DNA from: Candidatus Zixiibacteriota bacterium
Lineage (GTDB): Bacteria; Zixibacteria; MSB-5A5; GN15; FEB-12
Direction of reading: 5' to 3'
Assembly: GCA_040753875.1 (NCBI GenBank)
Contig: JBFMDV010000005.1
Location: 305,142-369,141 of the forward strand
Length of the DNA: 64,000 bases
How positions within the stretch are numbered: the first letter of the stretch is position 1; every line of letters begins with the position of its first letter. Positions 37,010 through 44,839 of this stretch are shown here, in pieces. The notes beneath the pieces were generated by a model. The model did no database searches, was not told the DNA's origin, and saw only the letters and a program-made list of their open reading frames with translations. The position numbers and the translations under genes were made by a program.

Positions 37010-37687
37010 TTACCCTTTGTCCTCGCCAAGATAAGTGCGCTCAATCCCAAGCAGCACGCGGAGCGACATCGACACCACACCAAGCCCGATACCGATCATA
37101 ATCGCCCGCTGCCCCGCCAGATTGGGGGAACTCATGATCCAGATCGCCATATTGGGGACCTGGAGGGCAGACAACGAGTCCGGGATCCAGGCCGTGATCA
37201 TCGTCCCGAACGGCGTGCGGCCAAGGAGGATCACAAAAGCAGCTATGAGAAGTATAGTCGCCTCACGGTTCTTGGCGCGAAAGGCGCGATACGACGCCGA
37301 CGCCACATAGAATGCCAGAAGTGCATACATAGTCGAGCTAAGTGGATTCATCACCCGTTCGAAGATTGTCTGAAACCACGAGCCGGAGGCGGTCACGGAT
37401 GCGGCGATCCCGCCCGCATTGCCGATCTTGAAAAGGCCGGAAGCGAGCACGAGGAAAAACCCAAAGAGGGTAACCAGCGAATAACCCCAGTCTTTCTTTC
37501 GACGGGACACCTTGTCCAGATGAATACGAACCAGGTTCCCGCCCCCAAGGAAAAACGCGAACACGGCAATGATATCAAAAAAGAGGGTGAAGTTCTCCCC
37601 CATCGACTGCACGGGCGGCAGGAAAACTGATACGATCAGGAGAGTACCGACGAAAAACGTGATGAAGAGCGGGACCGTTCGTTTCAT
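37010..37687 (-). CDS. module 2 component C
   Basis: 225 aa. The ATG at 37687 lies 3 nt after the D2 stop (TAAcgcATG). Motifs are YRAFRAKN, PNLAGQRAIMIGIGLG and LGIERTYLG. Confidence 0.85.
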   Translation of the reverse strand: MKRTVPLFITFFVGTLLIVSVFLPPVQSMGENFTLFFDIIAVFAFFLGGGNLVRIHLDKVSRRKKDWGYSLVTLFGFFLVLASGLFKIGNAGGIAASVTASGSWFQTIFERVMNPLSSTMYALLAFYVASASYRAFRAKNREATILLIAAFVILLGRTPFGTMITAWIPDSLSALQVPNMAIWIMSSPNLAGQRAIMIGIGLGVVSMSLRVLLGIERTYLGEDKG

Positions 37688-37690
37688 GCG

Positions 37691-38938
37691 TTACCGATTC
37701 GTCTGGAAAACCGAGGTGAGCGTGTTCAGAAGGTTGGTCATGAATTCGATATCGTAGGCCGCGCTCAGGGTGGCGGCAAGAGTCCCGATGAGTATCATCA
37801 ACAGCGCCAGCCCCTTGCCGATATCCTGGCCCTTCAGCGACCCGAGCTGCTTTGGCTCGCCGGAGAGATAGGCTGAGGCCGCGAATAACTCTTCGCCGAT
37901 GAGCGTGAAGTCGCACGCGGCGACAAAGAACGGCAACTGCGCCGGCATGGCGGTACCGGCGATCTGGATCGCTCCGACAGAATTGCCGGTCTCGGCTATG
38001 ATCAGAGACTCGGCAAAGAAAGCACCGAGATAGAAGCAGGTGGCCGGTTTCTCTCGTACCATGATACCGTCGACTGCCGCGACGTAGCCGAACTGCTCAT
38101 CGGTCACGTAGCGCACCATATCATCGTTGTAGGCATCGGGACGACCTGCCGCCATGTACGCAGTCTTGATTGTCTCGCGCGCGGCGGTCATTACCAGCGA
38201 CCGTGAGACCGGCATGTTGATCTTGGTGTCGTAATCAGCCACCACCCGCGCCACGCGGCCGAGGATAGTGATCCCCGCCACCGTCTGCACGTTATCCATA
38301 TCCTGAATGCCGGGGATAAACAGGATGGGGCGCCCCATTTCGGTGGCGCGACCGATTGCCTCATCGACGGCTTCAAGTCCGGCGATCTTACGAATAAACA
38401 GCTTTTTGCCGCGACGTGCGGTCTCGATGAAATAGATGACCGAACCGGCAATGATGAAGGCAATCAGGAAAAGATATTTCCTGTCAAAGTTGATCCATTC
38501 TCGTTCGGTGCGAAGAGGCGCGGTCCTGACCGAAAGTGCGGTGCCGGTCGGGGCGATAGTCTCAAGATAGTACACATAGGCACGGCCGAGTCGGACGGCG
38601 TTGTCCTGGTACCGATTCGTGCCGGCGGCAAACTCGGCCAGTTTGACCGGCGTGCTGTCATCGGTAATGCGGTATAGCCGGTAGCCGGTAACCGTCCCTT
38701 TCATAACCTGGTCATCTATGGAGGGGACCCAGGAGAGGTCGATGTGGTCGCCGTCATCGTACTTGTGGTCACTGGCGACGAGCGACGTAGCGGGGGCAGG
38801 AAGAATTGGTGCCGCGGTGTCTGGAATATCGGCCTGGGCGAAGGCTATGTTATTGGATGACGGGATCAGGACCAACGTGAGTAACAGACAGCATAGAGAG
38901 CAGACGTATGAACGAGAGATTGATGTGAGCGGTCTCAT
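37691..38938 (-). CDS. module 2 component D
   Basis: 415 aa. Its ATG overlaps the A3 stop (ATGA at 38935-38938). It has a signal peptide ending AFAQA and the Fn3-like IDLSWVPSIDD...YVYYLETIA. The core is almost colinear with D3. Confidence 0.85.
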   Translation of the reverse strand: MRPLTSISRSYVCSLCCLLLTLVLIPSSNNIAFAQADIPDTAAPILPAPATSLVASDHKYDDGDHIDLSWVPSIDDQVMKGTVTGYRLYRITDDSTPVKLAEFAAGTNRYQDNAVRLGRAYVYYLETIAPTGTALSVRTAPLRTEREWINFDRKYLFLIAFIIAGSVIYFIETARRGKKLFIRKIAGLEAVDEAIGRATEMGRPILFIPGIQDMDNVQTVAGITILGRVARVVADYDTKINMPVSRSLVMTAARETIKTAYMAAGRPDAYNDDMVRYVTDEQFGYVAAVDGIMVREKPATCFYLGAFFAESLIIAETGNSVGAIQIAGTAMPAQLPFFVAACDFTLIGEELFAASAYLSGEPKQLGSLKGQDIGKGLALLMILIGTLAATLSAAYDIEFMTNLLNTLTSVFQTNR

Positions 38939-39594
38939 TTGATAAGCCCCAACCAGTCTCCAAGCAGGAAATCGATGCGGCCTATCAAAAGCGACATACG
39001 GCTCATGACCGTGTAGCCGAACGACGCGCCAAATGTTACCATGAGGACGAATATACCAACTTTGGCCGCACCACCAAAGGCTCCTTTATGCTCTTTGGAA
39101 AAAAAGAAATAGATCAGGGCGGTGAAAGTCCCGACCGCCACCACCACATTACCGATCACGTCATAGAGCGACGCCCCTCCATCAGCGCCCAACAGCGGAC
39201 GGACGGTGTCGGCGACCTGCACCATCACGTTCGATGCAAAGTAGCCGATGAGATTAAGTCCGGCCGTGGCACCAACGATGAAGGCCAGCGGCCAACGCGA
39301 TAACCAGCCGATTTTGGGAATTAGCCGCATCAGCATCAAGAGCCCCAGCGCGCCGCCGACAAGCAGCGCGTAATCTGGAGATCGCGAGGGGTCTCCGGGA
39401 AACACGCCCACCCAGAACTTGCCGTAGATATTATCCCAGAAATAGGTGACGAACCAGTATCCGGCCGATGCCCCCACGAACACGGCCTCGCAGATTTTGT
39501 ACCACACATTGTCCCGATACAAAAACGAGATGATCCCGAGCGTGAGAAACGCCGCCGTCCACAGCGCGAGATGATCCATGATGCCGGTGTTCAT
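38935..39594 (-). CDS. module 3 component A (minimal form)
   Basis: The ATG at 39594 lies 4 nt after the B3 stop; the start could also be MDHLALW at 39579. FLTLGIISFLYRDNVWYKICEAVFVG...FFFSKEHKG...TFGASFGYTVMSRMSL is present. The track ORF start at 39756 was trimmed. Confidence 0.8.
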   Translation of the reverse strand: MNTGIMDHLALWTAAFLTLGIISFLYRDNVWYKICEAVFVGASAGYWFVTYFWDNIYGKFWVGVFPGDPSRSPDYALLVGGALGLLMLMRLIPKIGWLSRWPLAFIVGATAGLNLIGYFASNVMVQVADTVRPLLGADGGASLYDVIGNVVVAVGTFTALIYFFFSKEHKGAFGGAAKVGIFVLMVTFGASFGYTVMSRMSLLIGRIDFLLGDWLGLIK

Positions 39595-39598
39595 ACCG

Positions 39599-40612
39599 TC
39601 ACAGGCTCCGTTTCCCCTTACGTCGTTCGTGCATGAAGTAGGCCACGTTGCCGATGACAATGAATGCGACGACCACCAAGTGCGAAAACGATTGCGACAG
39701 CATGAACTTGGTTCCCTTGGCCAGCGTGCCGGTGAGCTGCTCGAACTCCGCCGCACCGTTCATGCCGCCCAGTATCCCCAGCAACTGGCCCGAGCGAACG
39801 TAGGGATACATGCCGGTTGTCTGAACGGCTGTGTTCCCGGCACCCATCTTGAGCCCATAGCGATCCACGGCAAACAGCACCCATTCTTTCGTGCCCGGGT
39901 ATCCGGCGGAAAGATTGAATGAATAATCGACGTTGGCATAGTTCCGCACGTTGCGCACCAGCGGCAGACTGTCATACGGCGTGCCCTGGTAATCGGCTGG
40001 AAACATCGACTTGAAATCCGATCCCAGCCGCTGAATGACGAATTCGTTGCCGGATTGGAATCCCAGGTTGACGTAGTCGACACCGTAGACCGGAAGCTTG
40101 GCACGTATGTCAGGTTCATCGAGTATCTTCGTCAACGCGAGATTTGCCTGTTGCGGTCCCTGCGGCCAGAGACCAAAGATGATCATTTTGAAATCGTGCG
40201 CGAAACCATAACGCAAGAACGACTCGGCCATTGGCTGCAGCTCGGCAGCCGAAGGGGGATCGTAGTCGAAAGTCACGAGTACTTTGGAACCTGGCGGGAC
40301 TTTCTGCAGATAATCATACAACATCTGAGCTTCCGATGAGATCGCCACTTTCTGGGTCAATGACATGAACAGCGGCATGGCCACGGCGATCCCCACATAC
40401 AGGAACACCACTCGCCGCTCGGCGAATTTCCCCCGTATAGTCAAAATGAGAATCCATACAATTGACAAGCCAAGCATAATCGACACAAGCAGCGATACAG
40501 CCGGTGAGAACGACACTGAACCAAACCAGCCGGCATGCCGCCCGACATACCAGATGGCGCACAGTGCGACTACAAGGATTATCAGAAGAAGACGAAACAT
40601 GCTGCGGCTCAT
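39599..40612 (-). CDS. module 3 component B (three N-terminal TM segments)
   Basis: The ATG at 40612 lies 5 nt after the C3 stop; TTG at 40621 is an alternative. Motifs are FDYDPPSAAELQPMA, GFQSGNE, KEWVLF, GAAEFEQL and SHLVVVAFIVIGNVAYF. Confidence 0.85.
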   Translation of the reverse strand: MSRSMFRLLLIILVVALCAIWYVGRHAGWFGSVSFSPAVSLLVSIMLGLSIVWILILTIRGKFAERRVVFLYVGIAVAMPLFMSLTQKVAISSEAQMLYDYLQKVPPGSKVLVTFDYDPPSAAELQPMAESFLRYGFAHDFKMIIFGLWPQGPQQANLALTKILDEPDIRAKLPVYGVDYVNLGFQSGNEFVIQRLGSDFKSMFPADYQGTPYDSLPLVRNVRNYANVDYSFNLSAGYPGTKEWVLFAVDRYGLKMGAGNTAVQTTGMYPYVRSGQLLGILGGMNGAAEFEQLTGTLAKGTKFMLSQSFSHLVVVAFIVIGNVAYFMHERRKGKRSL

Positions 40613-40617
40613 GCCAA

Positions 40618-41265
40618 TCAATCCCCTCCCAGGTGTGAGCGTTCAATGCCGAGGATAATCCGAAGCGAGGCGGAGACAGTCCCGAGTGCCACGCCGATCA
40701 TGATCGCCCGCTGGCCGGCCGTGTTGGGGAAGTTCATGATCCAGGTCGCCAGGTCAGACAAACGCCAGTGCTCCGGCAGGAATCCGGTGGCGACATCACC
40801 AACCGGAACCCGTCCCACCATCACCAGAAACGCGGCCACCAAGAGGAGTGTCGCATCGAGGTTGCGAGCGCGAAACGCCCGGTACGATGCTGAAGCCACG
40901 AAAAACGCCAGGATGGCATACATGGTAGATGAGAGCGGAGAATACACATAATTGTAGATCCAGTCGGACCAGGTGCCCGGATTGCGGAAATCCCGGCCTT
41001 CGGCGAAACCGACCACCGCAACAATCAGGAAGCAGACCACGATGATGACCGCGTAGCCCCATTCCCCTCTGCGGGAGAAGATCTTTTGCAGGGATGTCTT
41101 GAAGAGATTAAGTGCCCCCAGCCAGATCGCGCATGCGGCCACTATAGAAAACCAATCCGACTGCCAGTTGCTTACTTTGGAAAACGGGACATGCGGGATG
41201 AAATACTGCACCACCATCACAACCCCGACAATCGCGGTAATGATGAGCGGTACTTCGCGACGCAT
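40618..41265 (-). CDS. module 3 component C
   Basis: The ATG at 41265 shares one base with the D3 stop (TAATG, 41263-41267). MRREVPLIITAIVGVVMVVQYF..., YRAFRARN, PNTAGQRAIMIGVALG and LGIERSHLG are present. The track ORF start at 41457 was trimmed. Confidence 0.85.
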   Translation of the reverse strand: MRREVPLIITAIVGVVMVVQYFIPHVPFSKVSNWQSDWFSIVAACAIWLGALNLFKTSLQKIFSRRGEWGYAVIIVVCFLIVAVVGFAEGRDFRNPGTWSDWIYNYVYSPLSSTMYAILAFFVASASYRAFRARNLDATLLLVAAFLVMVGRVPVGDVATGFLPEHWRLSDLATWIMNFPNTAGQRAIMIGVALGTVSASLRIILGIERSHLGGD

Positions 41266-42512
41266 TACTCGATCACCTGAAACAACCTGGCGGCGTTGGC
41301 GAGATGCAGGGTCTCGAGCAGAATGCCGATCACGATGGCGGCCAGGATTACGCCCTTGCCGATATCCTGTCCCTTGAGTGAACCAAGCTGCCGCGGCTCT
41401 TTGGACAAGTAGGCAGATGCGGCGAACAACTCTTCGCCGATCAACGTGTAGTCGCACGCCGCGACGAAGAACGGCAACTGCGATGGCTCTGAGGTTCCGG
41501 CAATCTGAATCGCGCCGACCGAGTTACCGGTCTCTGCCAGAATCAACGACTCGGCATAGAACATCCCCATCATGAAGATGGCGGCCGGTTTCTCGCGAAC
41601 GACCAGACCATCGATCGCCGCAGCGTAACCGAACTGGTCGTCAGTCAAATATGTTACCTGATCTTCACGGAAGGAATCGGGGCGTCCCGACCGGACATAT
41701 GCCTCTTTCACGACTTCGCGGCAGGTAACCATCACAAGCGAGCGAGCCACCGGCACATCGAGTCGAGTCTCGTACTGCGCCGCTTTCTCGGCGACACGAC
41801 CGAGGATCGTAATACCGGCCAATGTGGCTACCTGGTCCATATCCTGTGAGCCGGGGATGTAGTAGACTTTGCGCCCCATTTCAGTGGCGCGGCCAACTGC
41901 TTCATCAACCGCCTCGAGCCCGGCGATCTTGCGAATGAAAAACGTCTTTCCGGCCTGGGCCAGCATGATGTAAAGGATAATGAAACCGCAAAGCATAACT
42001 GTCCCGACAAAGACATTGATGCGCCGCCAGTCGAACCACTGAGCCGTCGCCTTGACCGGGCCGACCGGCGCTGATTCCAACATCCAGACCTTGCCGAGCG
42101 TAGCAGCGGAAGAATCGCTGATTGTCCGCACTGTGTAGAAGTACTCTTTTCCTTCCACCACCTGCCCATCCTGGTACTTAGTGGTTCCGGCTGGCAGCAT
42201 GGCGAGACCAGTAATTAAACCCGGCGCACCATTGACACTTTCGGCTCGAGCAATAGAGTAAGCCTTCACCAATCCCTCAGCGTGGTCATCCGGCGAAAGC
42301 TCCCAGGTTATGTCGATCGACTCGCCCCCGTCGTTCGGAGTATCCTTGACCACAACGTGACTGGCCGGTCGGATTGGTGTTGTAGTTATAGAATCAAGAG
42401 AATCAGCGGCAGCGAGTGTTGGATCTGGTCCCGCGAGCGTGGCGAGCGCAACCATACCAGTTAACAGGCTGAAGTGGGGAAAAGAAACAAACAGAGAAGG
42501 CAAGTTAGTCAT
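41265..42512 (-). CDS. module 3 component D (first gene of the array)
   Basis: I chose the start at ATG 42512 (MTNLPSLFVSFPHFSLLTGMVALATLAG) by analogy with the D1 and D2 signal peptides. In-frame ATGs at 42584 and 42605 cannot be excluded. It has the Fn3-like IDITWELSPDD...YFYTVRTIS and the same core motifs as D2. Confidence 0.8.
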   Translation of the reverse strand: MTNLPSLFVSFPHFSLLTGMVALATLAGPDPTLAAADSLDSITTTPIRPASHVVVKDTPNDGGESIDITWELSPDDHAEGLVKAYSIARAESVNGAPGLITGLAMLPAGTTKYQDGQVVEGKEYFYTVRTISDSSAATLGKVWMLESAPVGPVKATAQWFDWRRINVFVGTVMLCGFIILYIMLAQAGKTFFIRKIAGLEAVDEAVGRATEMGRKVYYIPGSQDMDQVATLAGITILGRVAEKAAQYETRLDVPVARSLVMVTCREVVKEAYVRSGRPDSFREDQVTYLTDDQFGYAAAIDGLVVREKPAAIFMMGMFYAESLILAETGNSVGAIQIAGTSEPSQLPFFVAACDYTLIGEELFAASAYLSKEPRQLGSLKGQDIGKGVILAAIVIGILLETLHLANAARLFQVIE

Positions 42513-42665
42513 CCTCAAGCTGCGATCTGGTTTCGTCGCAAACAAACAACAGTATACCCTTTGCTGACGAACTGCGGTCAGCATATGTTCAGTCGTCGGT
42601 ATCATCTGACGCAGGAATTGCGGCAGCCGATGAGGATTCGGCCACGCTCCAAGCAGCGTCGGGCA

Positions 42666-42694
42666 AATCTATCGGCGGCCACTGCTCAAGTCAA
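42666..42694 (-). promoter_or_regulatory. candidate sigma70-type promoter of the 12-gene array
   Basis: Minus strand reads TTGACT (rc of 42689-42694), 17 nt, TAGATT (rc of 42666-42671). Confidence 0.45.
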
Positions 42695-42849
42695 GGACTA
42701 AATCGACGCACTAACTTGTCATACACCGAATTGGAACCGCCGTTTCGTGGACGGTACGCACTGAGAAAGTGAAACTTCCATAGACGCTACAGTTCAGATA
42801 TCGAACCAGAGCCTGGAGCGTTCATGACTGATTCTACGCAAGTTGCCGC

Positions 42850-42878
42850 TTTACAATTTCTGGAGGCATGCGTATACT
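42850..42878 (+). promoter_or_regulatory. candidate sigma70-type promoter of the divergent GlmL-like operon
   Basis: TTTACA (42850-42855), 17 nt, TATACT (42873-42878). The leader to the ATG at 42983 is about 100 nt. Confidence 0.5.
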
Positions 42879-42982
42879 GGACGGCTCGGTCACCCTGCCA
42901 GACCGAGACCGTCCATGCAAAGGACCTGTGGTCGCGCCAGGCGTGGAGTATTGTGAAGGCAGCAAAGCGAGATATATAACCG

Positions 42983-44839
42983 ATGGCCAAGTTTGCGAGT
43001 CCCGAGGAAATCAAAGTCATTGTTGCGACCGATTGCGGTTCGACCACCACGAAAGCAATTCTCATAGAATACCTCAACGGCGAATACCGCCTGCTCTCGC
43101 GAGGCGAGGCACCGACGACAGTCGAAGCTCCATTTGAAGATGTCACCATGGGAGTACTTAATGCGGTCGCGGAGTTGGAGGAGCTCTCGGGCAGGAAGTT
43201 GCTTGACGATCAGGGACGGTTCATCACGCCGGCAAATGGAAAAGAGGGAACCGACGTTTACATATCCACATCGTCGGCAGGGGGTGGGCTACAGATGATG
43301 GTGGCAGGCGTGGTGCGTTCTATGACGGCCGAGTCGGCTGAACGGGCGGCACTTGGCGCAGGGGCCATCGTGATGGACGTGATCGCATCGAACGACAAGC
43401 GGCTGCCGCACCAGCAAATCGAGCGGATACGGCATCTACGACCGGACATGATTCTCTTGTCGGGCGGAATTGACGGCGGTACAACTACGCACGTGGTAGA
43501 GATCGCTGAACTTGTTTCTGCGGCCGACCCGCGTCCCAGACTCGGCTCTGGCTACAAACTGCCGGTCATCTATGCGGGTAATAAAGATGCAACCGAGCCG
43601 GTCAAGGAAGCGCTGTCAGACAAAGTTGATCTGAAAGTGGTCCCGAACCTCCGCCCGGTCCTGGAGCGCGAAAACCTTGGTCCGGCCCGTGAAGAGATCC
43701 ATGAACTGTTTATGGAACACGTCATGGCCCAGGCACCCGGCTATCGCAAGCTGATGTCCTGGACCGACGCGCCGATTATGCCGACTCCCGGTGCGGTGGG
43801 GCTCATTATACAGACCATTGCAGACATTTACAATATCGAAGCGGTTGGTGTCGATATCGGCGGCGCTACCACTGATGTCTTCTCAGTATTTCGTCCGGAC
43901 AGCAAGACGCCGGTATTCAACCGGACGGTCTCGGCCAACCTGGGCATGTCGTACTCTATCTCCAACGTGTTCGCCGAGGCTACGCTGCCGATGGTGATGC
44001 GGTGGGTGCCGTTTCCGATGGACGAGCGGGACCTTCGCAACCGCGTGAAGAACAAGATGATCCGACCGACCACTATCCCGCAATCGATGGAAGAGCTGAT
44101 CTTCGAGCAGGCGATTGCACGCGAAGCGCTTCGACTGGCGTTTATCCAGCACAAGAGTTTTGCGACAGTTTTGAAAGGGGTGCAACAGCAGCGAACGATC
44201 GCCGACGCTTTCGAGCAGTCATCATCGGGCGCCTCAATCGTCAATATGATGACCCTCAACATGCTGATCGGCTCGGGCGGCGTGCTTTCACACGCGCCGC
44301 GTCGGCAACAGTCGGCCCTGATGATGATCGATTCGTTCCTTCCCGAAGGAGTGACGCGCCTGGCGGTCGATTCCATCTTTATGATGCCGCAGCTCGGCGT
44401 GCTGACCGAGGTGCAGCCGAAAGCGGCTACCGAAGTATTCGAAAAAGACTGCCTGATTCATCTGGGGACCTGCATAGCGCCCTCCGGCACTACGAAAAAG
44501 CCGGGACCGGTGATGAAATACTGTATCGAGTTACCGGGCGGCACGGTCAACGGCACACTCAGTCATTTGGAAATGAAGCTATTCAAGCTTGGCTTGCAGT
44601 CGAACAGGCTGCCGCAAACCGTGAAGGCAACGTTCGAACCGGAACGGAACTACGATGTGGGCGGCGGCAAGGGTGTCAAGGTGGAGCGAGAACTGCATGG
44701 TGGGGTGGTCGGCGTCATCCTCGACGGCCGCGGTCGGCCGTTCGATTTGTCATCGCTGTCCGAGCAAGACCGCGTCACCTATCTGAAGAAGTGGATTCTG
44801 GAATTGAACATATATCCGGAAGGAGATTGGGGAAAATGA
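42983..44839 (+). CDS. GlmL/MutL-family ASKHA-fold ATPase-like protein (glutamate mutase accessory protein family), 618 aa
   Basis: The N-terminal phosphate-1-like motif VATDCGSTTTKAILIE fits the D.GST.TK pattern of the MutL/GlmL family as I recall it. A second motif, VGVDIGGATTDVFSV, is present. No B12 mutase subunits occur in the window. Confidence 0.6.
   Translation: MAKFASPEEIKVIVATDCGSTTTKAILIEYLNGEYRLLSRGEAPTTVEAPFEDVTMGVLNAVAELEELSGRKLLDDQGRFITPANGKEGTDVYISTSSAGGGLQMMVAGVVRSMTAESAERAALGAGAIVMDVIASNDKRLPHQQIERIRHLRPDMILLSGGIDGGTTTHVVEIAELVSAADPRPRLGSGYKLPVIYAGNKDATEPVKEALSDKVDLKVVPNLRPVLERENLGPAREEIHELFMEHVMAQAPGYRKLMSWTDAPIMPTPGAVGLIIQTIADIYNIEAVGVDIGGATTDVFSVFRPDSKTPVFNRTVSANLGMSYSISNVFAEATLPMVMRWVPFPMDERDLRNRVKNKMIRPTTIPQSMEELIFEQAIAREALRLAFIQHKSFATVLKGVQQQRTIADAFEQSSSGASIVNMMTLNMLIGSGGVLSHAPRRQQSALMMIDSFLPEGVTRLAVDSIFMMPQLGVLTEVQPKAATEVFEKDCLIHLGTCIAPSGTTKKPGPVMKYCIELPGGTVNGTLSHLEMKLFKLGLQSNRLPQTVKATFEPERNYDVGGGKGVKVERELHGGVVGVILDGRGRPFDLSSLSEQDRVTYLKKWILELNIYPEGDWGK

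Noticed and set aside
31583-42605. Triplicated module as an assembly artefact or very recent duplication
   Set aside because: The three copies differ substantially at both nucleotide and protein level. They have different ectodomains, different terminal TM segments and different junction sequences, so they cannot be collapsed or expanded identical repeats.
42733-42750. TGGAACCGCCG shared with 50474-50484 as a sigma54 -24/-12 or regulator site
   Set aside because: The -12 element (TTGC) is missing in both. An 11-mer recurring once in 64 kb on two strands is expected by chance.
44002-44835. 5' two-thirds of the 542-aa ORF 44002-45630
   Set aside because: It lies inside the GlmL-like gene in another frame. 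The credible protein starts at ATG 44836 with a signal peptide and an ATGA coupling.
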